Below are positions 1-8,192 of a DNA stretch of 16,245 nucleotides, in pieces. Source of the stretch: Nitrososphaeraceae archaeon (GTDB taxonomy: Archaea; Thermoproteota; Nitrososphaeria; Nitrososphaerales; Nitrososphaeraceae); contig DATGZA010000017.1 of the NCBI GenBank assembly GCA_035297365.1, forward strand, positions 1 to 16,245, written 5' to 3'. The number at the start of each line of letters is the position of its first letter. Position 1 is the stretch's first letter. The translations under genes and the position numbers were made by a program. The notes beneath the pieces were generated by a model that worked only from the letters and a program-made list of their open reading frames with translations, made no database searches and was not told the DNA's origin.

Positions 1-140
1 ATGTCTATGAATGGTTAGATACTCCTGGACACCCTGGTTCTGACAAGAAACCAATAATGGCCAGAGAGAAAGATTGTATCTTCTGTCTGGCATGTGAAAA
101 TGTGTGTCCTCCACAAGCAATAAAGATATTCCAAAAATAA
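1..140 (+). CDS. C-terminal part of a Zfx-type 4Fe-4S dicluster ferredoxin (5' end outside the window)
   Basis: Not in the ORF track. The frame from nt 3 reads VYEWLDTPGHPGSDKKPIMAREKDCIFCLACENVCPPQAIKIFQK*, with a CxxCxxCxxxCP motif and the WxDTPGHP segment typical of Zfx-like archaeal ferredoxins. Stop TAA at 138-140. Confidence 0.9.
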   Translation, partial: VYEWLDTPGHPGSDKKPIMAREKDCIFCLACENVCPPQAIKIFQK

Positions 141-208
141 ACATAAAATCTAAATCTATCATATCTATAATCACGTTATCCTTCTTTATGTTAAAAGTAG
201 AGATTGTA

Positions 209-688
209 TTGAAAAAAAAATTCAATTTAGTAGCTACTGGTGGAACATTTGATTGTATTCACCAAGGTCACTTAAAATTATTAATCGAAACATTTCGAGT
301 AGGACAAAATGCAATAATTGGTCTCACTAGCGATGAATTTATAAAAAAATTTAAATCAGAATTTAACATACGATATAATTATGAAAAACGTCTTGAAAGC
401 CTGAAACAAACTATTTCCAATAATTTTGAAAATCCATCTTATGAAATAGTAAAATTAGAAGATTACTTTGGGCCTGTAATCTCATCTGTTAAAATTGAAG
501 CAATTGTGGTAAGCGAAGAAACTTATGTTAAAACTACTGAAATAAACAGGATACGAGTTAGTAAAAACCTGAAACCATTGAAAGTAGTAGTTATAAAAAT
601 GGTAAATTCTAGGGATGGAAGGCCACTTTCTTCGACAAGAATAAGACATGGTGAAATTGATGAAAAAGGAAATATTTTATGCGATTAA
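209..688 (+). CDS. coaD: Archaeal phosphopantetheine adenylyltransferase (cytidylyltransferase superfamily)
   Basis: Motifs ATGGTFDxIHxGH, IGLTSDEF, AIVVSEET and LSSTRIRxGEID. The track start at 104 overlaps the ferredoxin; TTG at 209 or ATG at 188 is more plausible. Confidence 0.9.
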   Translation: MKKKFNLVATGGTFDCIHQGHLKLLIETFRVGQNAIIGLTSDEFIKKFKSEFNIRYNYEKRLESLKQTISNNFENPSYEIVKLEDYFGPVISSVKIEAIVVSEETYVKTTEINRIRVSKNLKPLKVVVIKMVNSRDGRPLSSTRIRHGEIDEKGNILCD

Positions 689-745
689 AAAGCCAATTAT
701 TCTTAATCAATCCAATTATATCCATAATGCATTTTATTCAAATTA

Positions 746-1201
746 GTGCATTACGATAATCCTGTTAATTTTGCTTCGTCCAAAATTGATGAATATATTC
801 AAGATCTGAGATCAGGATTAGAACCGGAAACCCTGGCATATTGGTACAAAAGAATTGAAGAATCGTCAAAAGAAACTGCCCCTCAGGAATTAAAAGATAA
901 AATTCATTTTGTACAGGATCGTTTGTTATGGATGAAATTTAAATTAGATATTTCTAAAAGAGCAGTTCCTTTTGTTTTGGATTCTATAGAAGAAAATATT
1001 TCATTAATGCCATATTCGACAGAATTATATTTTAGGAAAATTCAAGAAATTTTAATCGATTCGCTAAAATTTTCTACTAATGTTGAATCCACAACTAATA
1101 AAAATGTTTCTAAATTAAAAAGTATAAAGAAACAAACGAAAAGTAAGAAAACAAGAAACAAACGAAAAGTAAGAAAACAAGAAACAAACGACAAGAAATA
1201 G
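746..1201 (+). CDS. Hypothetical protein of a thaumarchaeal type, with a Lys/Arg-rich low-complexity tail
   Basis: 151-aa ORF with a globular-looking first ~110 aa (LAYWYKRIE, WMKFKLDISKRAV, MPYSTELYF) followed by a repeat-derived basic tail. Confidence 0.75.
   Translation: MHYDNPVNFASSKIDEYIQDLRSGLEPETLAYWYKRIEESSKETAPQELKDKIHFVQDRLLWMKFKLDISKRAVPFVLDSIEENISLMPYSTELYFRKIQEILIDSLKFSTNVESTTNKNVSKLKSIKKQTKSKKTRNKRKVRKQETNDKK
1127..1191 (+). repeat. Tandem repeat, 26-bp unit, 2.5 copies
   Basis: AAGAAACAAACGAAAAGTAAGAAAAC occurs exactly at 1127-1152 and 1153-1178, plus 13 bp of a third copy at 1179-1191. Confidence 0.95.
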
Positions 1202-1228
1202 TTTACTATATTAAAAAGATTATTGCTC

Positions 1229-1543
1229 CTAATTGCTCATAGAAATTATTACCACTTCTTCTATAGCAGGAGAGTTTATTAATTCTATAAATTTTCTTTT
1301 GTTTTGCTTGATATCTGTAATTAATCTCGATAGATTTAATGCGAAAAGGTTATTTTTCATAGTCACACTATGGCAAGATTTATCTCTCAACATAATTATT
1401 ATCTCATTTTCAATAACATCCATAACATCCAAAATATAAATAGATTGATCCTTTTGAATTGAAAAGAGGCTACATAGTTTCTCTTTTTCATATTCATCCG
1501 AACAGAGGTACTTTTCGATTATCTTCATGTCATCAATTCTCAT
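1229..1543 (-). CDS. Hypothetical protein, translationally coupled to trpS
   Basis: 104-aa ORF whose ATG overlaps the trpS stop (ATGA, 1540-1543) and which fills the gap to the convergent gene. Confidence 0.65.
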   Translation of the reverse strand: MRIDDMKIIEKYLCSDEYEKEKLCSLFSIQKDQSIYILDVMDVIENEIIIMLRDKSCHSVTMKNNLFALNLSRLITDIKQNKRKFIELINSPAIEEVVIISMSN

Positions 1544-2751
1544 TCGAACATAAAATCAGCTATCTTGTCTCGAGCTTTTTCTCTTCTTTTTTTAAATTCA
1601 ATTATGAATTCCTTTGATTTTTCCGCCAGTTGGTTTTTGCATTCTCCACACAATAAATTTCCACTCTTGCATCTATAATATCTCTCGGTTGACGCCTTTT
1701 CGGAATCAAAAAAATATTTTAAGTACCAAAACACAGGACAAATATTGGCATTTGCACCTAATTTTTTTTGAAGATCTATCGTTGGCTGACCACCTGTAAA
1801 TGAAGATAATACTTTTTTTTCTACTATTTCTGGTTCATCAGTTGTAAAAATAGCAGTTTCTGGTTTAGATGAAGACATTTTTGATGAATTTGATAAACCT
1901 GGTAAGAATTTACTATGTATTTGGGCAGGTTTATAAAATCCAAGTTTTTCTGCTACATCCCTTGTAATTCTCCAATATGGGTCTTGATCTATAGCAGCAG
2001 GGATCAAGACGGGCGTTGGTTTTTTTTCTATTATTGATGGAAGAAAGCAAGGAGCTGCCTGAATGGGAGGGAAACCTATCATTCCAATATTTGTCATAGT
2101 CGTAAATCCGAATACTGCTTTGGCAGTAGAAAAAGTTATTTTTTTTGCAATTTCTGTAGCTATTGGATATAAATGTTTTATGTGTTTAGTATCCACTATT
2201 ATTTTAGTTAGCTCAGGTTTAAACCCTATTGCTATTACGTCTAAAATATTTTCATAGGTATATTCTGCAATTTTGTCCCTGTCAAGATCAGGATTATATA
2301 GAAACTTTTCGTCATCTGTTATTTGAAAAAGTAATTTTGATTTGAATTTATCTTGCATATATCTAGTAAATAACCACGGTAGAATATGTCCCATATGTAT
2401 ACGTCCAGATGGTCCCCTTCCTGTATACAAATAAAAAGACTCTCCGTTTTCATATTTATTTAATAACCAGTCAAAATCTCTATGTGAGAAAAAATAATGA
2501 AATTTAATTAGAGGATGAATTTCACCAGTGATTTTTTTAATTTTTTCTATCAATTCCGTAGATATTGCTTGAGTCCCAAATTTTTCCATTAGTTTGGCAT
2601 AGTTTTCTTCTCCAAGTTTTCCATGTACTTCCCAAGGAGTGACAAAAATATCATTAGGTAACTTGCTGTCGTGCTCAAAAGTGTTATTATCGTTATTATA
2701 TTTATTAACGAAATTATCTTTATTGCTATTTTTGTTATTTTGATTGTCCAT
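1540..2751 (-). CDS. trpS: Tryptophan--tRNA ligase (archaeal/eukaryotic type)
   Basis: Motifs VTPWEV, FSHRDF, LYTGRGPSGRIHMGH (HIGH-like), QITDDEKFL, AIDQDPYWR and KMSSS. Confidence 0.97.
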   Translation of the reverse strand: MDNQNNKNSNKDNFVNKYNNDNNTFEHDSKLPNDIFVTPWEVHGKLGEENYAKLMEKFGTQAISTELIEKIKKITGEIHPLIKFHYFFSHRDFDWLLNKYENGESFYLYTGRGPSGRIHMGHILPWLFTRYMQDKFKSKLLFQITDDEKFLYNPDLDRDKIAEYTYENILDVIAIGFKPELTKIIVDTKHIKHLYPIATEIAKKITFSTAKAVFGFTTMTNIGMIGFPPIQAAPCFLPSIIEKKPTPVLIPAAIDQDPYWRITRDVAEKLGFYKPAQIHSKFLPGLSNSSKMSSSKPETAIFTTDEPEIVEKKVLSSFTGGQPTIDLQKKLGANANICPVFWYLKYFFDSEKASTERYYRCKSGNLLCGECKNQLAEKSKEFIIEFKKRREKARDKIADFMFE

Positions 2752-2772
2752 TTTTTTATTAAGATAAATTAC

Positions 2773-2801
2773 AAACGTTTAAACGTTTAAAAAATATTTT
2801 T
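2773..2801. promoter_or_regulatory. Putative bidirectional trpS/pheS promoter with palindromes
   Basis: Perfect 16-bp palindrome AAACGTTTAAACGTTT (2773-2788) containing TTTAAA, then AAAAATATTTTT (2790-2801), inside the 62-bp divergent spacer about 25-35 nt from both start codons. Confidence 0.5.
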
Positions 2802-2813
2802 AATTTTGACTAT

Positions 2814-4367
2814 TTGAGCGAATTTAAAGATCCTAATTTGAATATCTTACATCCAATAGAAAAAAGAATATTAAATTCATTGGAAAGCAACGAAAGTATA
2901 TCAATAAATTCACTAAAACGAATGACAAATCTACATATTGACCAAATTAGAAGGGGTTTAGAGTGGTTAAAATTTAAAAATTTGATTATTTTTCAAAATT
3001 CAGATGATGTTAGAATATCATTAGGTGAAACTGGAAAACAATCAATAGAAAACGGTCTTCCTGAAAGAAGATTAGTAGAAGCAATAAAAAATGGAAATTC
3101 AACAATTGCTCAAATATTAAAAACTGGAAAAGTGACCGTGAATGAGGTAAATATAGCAATATCAAAATCAAAGATGAATAAATGGATTGAAATTGGTCAT
3201 GATAAAAAAAATGCTATGAAGTTGTCTATTCTTGACGATTCTAAAAATAATAGCGGAGAGGAGATCTTATTAAAAAAAATAAAGGATAATGGAAATAATA
3301 TAAAGCAATCAGAATTATCTAAAGATGAGATAAACATCCTCCAGTCACTAAGGAAAAGACCTGATTTGGTTTTATCAAAGAAGAATGACGAACTAGTTTC
3401 CTTGACGGAAGAGGGTAATAAAATTAAATCTTTACTTTTCAATTTAGAAAAAAATATGGCTCTTGAACAATATGAAAACAATGTTCAAGCCTTGACATCT
3501 GACATGATTGTTTCAGGTAAATGGAAAAGCGTCAAATTTCGTGAAATCGATGTTGAAGCCAATACTCCATTATTGTTTCCAGGAAGAACTAATCCTCTTA
3601 CAGATCTTATTGAAGAGATCCGAGAAGCATTTGTAAGTTTAGGATTTACGGAAATAGAAGGCAATTATGTGCAATCATCTTTTTGGAATTTCGATGCATT
3701 ATTTACACCGCAGGATCATGCCGCGCGAGATATGCAAGATACATTTTACATCAATGATCAAACAACCATTGAACTATCCACCAACAAAGTAATTCAAAAT
3801 ATTGCCAAATCTCATTTACATGGTTGGCATTATAAATGGGATAGAAATCAAGCAAAAAAATTAGTATTGAGGACACATACTACTCCTGTCACTCTCAAGT
3901 ATTTGTCAGAGAATATTACAGAAGAGACCAAAATATTTACTATAGGAAGAGTATTTAGAAATGAAAAAGTTTCGTATAAACATCTAGTTGAATTTAATCA
4001 AATAGAAGGAGTAGTTACACATAAAAATATTACACTAAGAGACCTAATGGGCATACAGATAGAATTCTACAAAAAAATAGGAATCAAAAAGATAAAGTTT
4101 TGGCCTACTTTTTTTCCTTATACAGAACCTTCGTTGCAGTCAATGATATACAATCAAAGGCTAGGGAAGTGGATTGAACTTTTCGGAATGGGCATCTTCC
4201 GCCCAGAAGTAGTATGTCCTTTAGGAATAAAAAATCCTGTACTTGCATGGGGTGGAGGAATAGAAAGAATAGCAATGCTCAGATATGATATTTCTGATGT
4301 TCGAGATTTATATAATAATAAACTTGGCTGGTTGAGAGGTACGGAAAGATGCCTGTTGTTAGGATAA
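2814..4367 (+). CDS. pheS: Phenylalanine--tRNA ligase alpha subunit
   Basis: Motifs GLPERRL, FWNFDALFTPQDHAARDMQDTFY, LRTHTT, GRVFRNE, FFPYTEPS and GMGIFRPEV. Confidence 0.97.
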   Translation: MSEFKDPNLNILHPIEKRILNSLESNESISINSLKRMTNLHIDQIRRGLEWLKFKNLIIFQNSDDVRISLGETGKQSIENGLPERRLVEAIKNGNSTIAQILKTGKVTVNEVNIAISKSKMNKWIEIGHDKKNAMKLSILDDSKNNSGEEILLKKIKDNGNNIKQSELSKDEINILQSLRKRPDLVLSKKNDELVSLTEEGNKIKSLLFNLEKNMALEQYENNVQALTSDMIVSGKWKSVKFREIDVEANTPLLFPGRTNPLTDLIEEIREAFVSLGFTEIEGNYVQSSFWNFDALFTPQDHAARDMQDTFYINDQTTIELSTNKVIQNIAKSHLHGWHYKWDRNQAKKLVLRTHTTPVTLKYLSENITEETKIFTIGRVFRNEKVSYKHLVEFNQIEGVVTHKNITLRDLMGIQIEFYKKIGIKKIKFWPTFFPYTEPSLQSMIYNQRLGKWIELFGMGIFRPEVVCPLGIKNPVLAWGGGIERIAMLRYDISDVRDLYNNKLGWLRGTERCLLLG

Positions 4368-6013
4368 AGAAGTCTCGAATAAAATCCTTCTTTCCTGATT
4401 ATTCCTTACAAAAAATACTAGAACAACTTCCATTTTTGGGGCTTGATATAGAAAGTATTGATGAAAATATTGTGAGGGTTGAATATAATCCTAACAGACC
4501 TGATTTTTCAAGTGATATTGGAATTTTTAGAGCGTTAAATGGTTTAGTAGGTCGAGAACTTGGTATACCAAAATTCAACTATTCAACCGATCCACAGTAT
4601 AAAATTATCGTAGATAATTCAGTTAAAAAGATAAGACCATTCATCTTTTTTTTTATTGCAAAGAACAAAAAACTTACTCAAGATTCACTTGAACAAATTA
4701 TTTCCATGCAAGAAGATCTTCATAATGGTATCGCAAGGGGAAGAAAGAAGGCATCTATAGGGATTCATGATCTGGATAAGATGCAATTTCCTTTGAGATA
4801 TTCTGCTGAGACTCCTGATATAGCATTTGTTCCGCTTGATCAGTCTGAAAAATATGATTTTGACGAAATATTGAATAAATTGACGGTAGGACAAAAATAC
4901 AAACATCTAGTTGAATCATTTGCAAAATATCCTGTTATTTTCGATAAAAGCAATATGATTGTATCTTTCCCGCCAATAATAAATAGTGACGTCACGAAGA
5001 TTACAAAACAAAGTAAAAACCTATTACTAGAAATTACTGCTACACATTCTGAAATTGCATTAGATATGTTGTCTATCTTGTCTCATTATTTTTTGGATGA
5101 AGGGTTTGAGATTGTGTCTGGATCAGTAAACGAAAATAATAAGGATAGCTTCTTTCCTTTAAAGAAACTATGCAATGAATCTATGGTTGTTAAAAAAGAC
5201 TACATAAATAATCTTTTAGGGTTAGAACTTTCATCTAATGAAATAATAAAATCATTAAAAAAGGTTAGAATAGATGCATCGAAAATCAACGGTAATGATA
5301 TGCAGTGTGCTATACCTCATTATAGGAGTGATATTACTAATACGATAGATGTTGTAGAAGAAGTAGCTTTAGGTTATGGTATTTATAATTTGGAACCAAG
5401 TATGCCTTCATTTAAAATTACCTCTGGAATAAAGAATCCTCTTATTGAATTTTTTAACGAATTAAGAAAAACTCTCATTGGATTTGGTTTACTTGAGGTT
5501 GTAAATTTTAGTTTAGTCGATCAAAAGAGTATTAAAACGATAAAAACAAAGCAAATAAATCACCTTTGGTTAAAAGTTAATGAAAGTAAAAGTTCTGAAC
5601 ATGAATTTTTGAGAACCAGTATTATACCTTCACTTATGAATAACTTGTCTCACAATATTCATGAAGAATACCCGCAAAAAATATTTGAAATAGGAAAAGT
5701 GTTTAGTATCAATAAGGAAATAGCAGAAAAATGGTGTCTTGGTGTTGTTATGTCCTCCAATAATATGGGTTTTACCGAAACGAGATCTTTGTTAAGATCC
5801 ATTATCAAAATTAATTTTGGCGAGGAAATATGTACAAAATCATATGAGAATGAATTTTTTATTACTGGAAGATCTGCAAATATTTACATAAAAGATAGTC
5901 TCGTAGGAGTTATTGGAGAAGTTTCTCCAAAGGTAATAAGTGAATACAATATTAGAGTACCTGTATCAGCATTTGAAATTGTTCTAAGCGATTTTATTAA
6001 AACTTTAAATTAA
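4349..6013 (+). CDS. pheT: Phenylalanine--tRNA ligase beta subunit
   Basis: MPVV start, EYNPNRPD, QEDLH...RKKASIGIHDLD, PPIINS, YRSDI...DVVEEVALGYG and LRTSIIPSL; overlaps the pheS 3' end. Confidence 0.97.
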   Translation: MPVVRIKKSRIKSFFPDYSLQKILEQLPFLGLDIESIDENIVRVEYNPNRPDFSSDIGIFRALNGLVGRELGIPKFNYSTDPQYKIIVDNSVKKIRPFIFFFIAKNKKLTQDSLEQIISMQEDLHNGIARGRKKASIGIHDLDKMQFPLRYSAETPDIAFVPLDQSEKYDFDEILNKLTVGQKYKHLVESFAKYPVIFDKSNMIVSFPPIINSDVTKITKQSKNLLLEITATHSEIALDMLSILSHYFLDEGFEIVSGSVNENNKDSFFPLKKLCNESMVVKKDYINNLLGLELSSNEIIKSLKKVRIDASKINGNDMQCAIPHYRSDITNTIDVVEEVALGYGIYNLEPSMPSFKITSGIKNPLIEFFNELRKTLIGFGLLEVVNFSLVDQKSIKTIKTKQINHLWLKVNESKSSEHEFLRTSIIPSLMNNLSHNIHEEYPQKIFEIGKVFSINKEIAEKWCLGVVMSSNNMGFTETRSLLRSIIKINFGEEICTKSYENEFFITGRSANIYIKDSLVGVIGEVSPKVISEYNIRVPVSAFEIVLSDFIKTLN

Positions 6014-6059
6014 AAAATGCTTACAGCGGAAGATTATCGCTTGATTTACAGATATTGGT

Positions 6060-6680
6060 TATACTAACTAACAATAATTCATAGAACTAAAGAGATAGTT
6101 TCTGACATCTGGATACAAGTTTTCGTTCTATAATATAACCTGGTTGATCTGTTAGAGAATCAAGTGTAGCTCAATAATAAGATAGTGTATTTTACTTATC
6201 CTGTCTGTAGTATTCCTTCCTCTCCTGCATTTAAGTCTGAATCAACCTAAAAATATTGTAGTTCTATAATACGATTATTTGTATCGAGGAATCGTCTTGC
6301 AATCTTGGAACAATGAGCTTTCGTCGAATCTAACTAATCTATAAAAATAACAAAATCACCAAATCTTTTCCCTATATGTATTAGATAGTCTACCGAGGTG
6401 ATATTGTCAAATTTATCGTATTGTCGAAATAACGGTTTCAGATCTGTCAATATAAAACCAAAAACAACTGCTCTTTTGTAAGAACCTGCTAAGATTATAA
6501 TAGGTTTTGACTTGTAGAAATCCATTGCTTTCTTTTAATTACATAATCATATTCAAATATTTATTCATCTTGTGCAAGGATGTACCAGTCTGTTTCTATT
6601 CTTGCAATATTTTATGTATTCTTTTTTTGAAGCTTTTCTTTTTTTACTGAAGCAGTATTATACCAAATATTCTATATTTT
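6060..6680 (-). pseudogene. Degraded IS630-family transposase (IS remnant)
   Basis: Minus-strand pieces join across stops and frameshifts: NTAS..FKKR (A7G run at 6621-6628), WYILAQDE*IFEYDYVIKRKQWI, PIIILAGSYKRAVVFG..LFRQYDKFD..DYL..IGKRFG..IFID*LDSTKAHCSKIARRFL..IELQYF*VDSDLNAGEE, YYRTK, DVRNYLF. This follows the IS630 DDE_3 order DE...D-x-A-x-H...S(P)DLNxxE. The 63-aa track ORF 6334..6525 is one fragment. Boundaries are approximate. Confidence 0.8.
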
Positions 6681-7749
6681 TTAACTAAATTTACTTATCA
6701 AATCCAATAAACAGTAATAGCTATCTGTCATGATATTTATTTCGTCTAACGTCAAACTATTATGACTTATTCTCGATCTGAATTAATTAGATTATAAAAG
6801 AAGGAAAAAAATCTCAATGTAAATGAAACGATAACATTTGTAATTAAGCTATAACAGGATAATGTTATTCCTGCTTACCTTGTTGCTGATGAACCATCCA
6901 AAAGTATGTCGTGAGCAATTATACGGGTTTGATGGATTCTCTAAAGAAGTATCAGAGGTATTAAAACCCAATAAAAAACTGGTAAACATTAAATATTTTT
7001 GGATATGTCTTGTTAATTATACATCATGTCTTGACATAACTTTAGCATTATTCAATTCCATGAGTGTTATTGAGTTATACTACATATTCGTTTTTATCAT
7101 AATCAATTGAATCATTTTTTTAATTAGGGCGAAGGTTATATGATCAATATGATTATCTGTCCAGATGTACATTCGGACCCTAGATTTTTTACTATTGGTA
7201 ATTAATAAACTATGTGTGCCTACGTTATAAATACACGTTCAGTTATCGATAGACAAAAACATATATTCCATATTATTTATTTGGCACGATTACAGAGTAG
7301 AAATTGTTAACCTACGAAAATAATCCTAGACTCGCTCAATAGATGTCTTTTGAGCTCACTTGAATATACCGGTTATTACTTTACACATGTTTGATCTAGG
7401 TGTTTTTACATATAGGTCATTTTCCTTTTTAATGCGCGAATATGTGAAAAATATAAGATTCTTTTCTGATGAGTTCTAGTCATTTTCAATGTTATGGATA
7501 CATCGCACAAATCAGGTAAAGCGTTTTAATAATTATTACATACATTTGTCTCAACTGTTTAAGAATTTTGCGATTTCGTTGTTAGGTCTTATTTTATAAA
7601 AGGAAAAAAATATTCTCAACAGAATATTTCAAGTATTTTTCATAATTATTTTGTACTCCTGATAATAAACTTTAATGCCTTAGAAGCTTACAGTTGAATT
7701 ACGATAAAATTACAATGATTCTTATGTTTGTTGATACGCCTTAAAGACA

Positions 7750-7828
7750 ACCCCGTTTAAAAAACGCTAGGAGGATTACACCAAGTGTGTAAGGCTATCT
7801 GTGAATAGTCGTGAGTCAGAGGCGGGGT
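7750..7828 (+). other. Candidate structured RNA or DNA element (closing stem enclosing two adjacent hairpins)
   Basis: ACCCCGTTT (7750-7758) pairs with AGGCGGGGT (7820-7828) using two G-U pairs. Inside are TTACAC/GTGTAA (7776-7781/7787-7792) and GGCTAT/ATAGTC (7793-7798/7805-7810). Locally GC-rich in very AT-rich DNA. Confidence 0.3.
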
Positions 7829-7960
7829 ACAATCATAAAGTGTTCATATTGCCTAACTAATTACTTTAACTGTTTTCATAAATTAATTTTATTTTATTTA
7901 TTTTTAGAGATAAATGAAAACTCGAATCTTTAAAACAAAGCTTTCTTCAATCTTTTATTA

Positions 7961-8137
7961 TTATTGTGTTAGATCTATGATGCTCTTTTTGATTATGTAT
8001 TTTGCCTCATTCGAAATATCATATTTTGCTAGAACTGAAGAAGAATCTTTGATAAGAACATTTCTAAACTCAGGTTCACTAGCAGCCTTCAGCAGAATCT
8101 CACTAATTATTTCTGCTTCTTTCTGACGAGAACTCAA
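7961..8137 (-). CDS. Small NHLP-clan (nitrile hydratase leader peptide-like) protein, 58 aa; candidate RiPP leader/precursor or YcaO partner
   Basis: Hand translation from TTG at 8137-8135: MSSRQKEAEIISEILLKAASEPEFRNVLIKDSSSVLAKYDISNEAKYIIKKSIIDLTQ, then three consecutive TAA codons (7963-7955). ILLKAASEPEFRNVLIKD...VLAKYDIS fits the NHLP-leader pattern IxxKAxxDxxFRxxLxxDPxxxLxxY. Divergent from ycaO. Confidence 0.8.
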   Translation of the reverse strand: MSSRQKEAEIISEILLKAASEPEFRNVLIKDSSSVLAKYDISNEAKYIIKKSIIDLTQ

Positions 8138-8154
8138 ACTATTTTTAAATGTGG

Positions 8155-8182
8155 TGCATGTAATATATATTCTTAATGCATG
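8155..8182. promoter_or_regulatory. Putative shared TATA element for the small NHLP-like gene and ycaO
   Basis: TAATATATAT at 8161-8170 sits at the midpoint (8165) between the two TTG starts (8137 and 8193) and is flanked by a TGCATG direct repeat (8155-8160 and 8177-8182). Confidence 0.55.
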
Positions 8183-8192
8183 ATTCGTAAGC

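Noticed and set aside
104-208. N-terminal extension of coaD in the ORF track
   Set aside because: It overlaps the ferredoxin 3' end in another frame, and the family motifs begin only after about position 209.
1127-1191. The 26-bp repeat as a CRISPR array
   Set aside because: The units are contiguous with no spacers, lie within a CDS, and there are no cas genes in the window.
2650-2751. Asn-rich N-terminus of TrpRS
   Set aside because: Low-complexity extension expected in AT-rich DNA; no evidence of function.
1233-4906. Track ORFs 1233..1439, 1614..1799, 2063..2257, 3197..3481 and 4685..4906
   Set aside because: Antisense shadows of better-supported genes, with no motifs.
6334-6525. 63-aa ORF as an independent gene
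   Set aside because: It is a fragment of the IS630 pseudogene.
6850-7740. ORF 6862..7110 and several short ORFs as possible core peptides for YcaO-TfuA
   Set aside because: No recognisable leader, core-like composition or convincing promoter; the partial hand scan gave nothing supportable.
7914-8126. 70-aa plus-strand ORF upstream of ycaO
   Set aside because: It is the antisense shadow of the 58-aa minus-strand gene, which has a family-like motif and proper TATA spacing.
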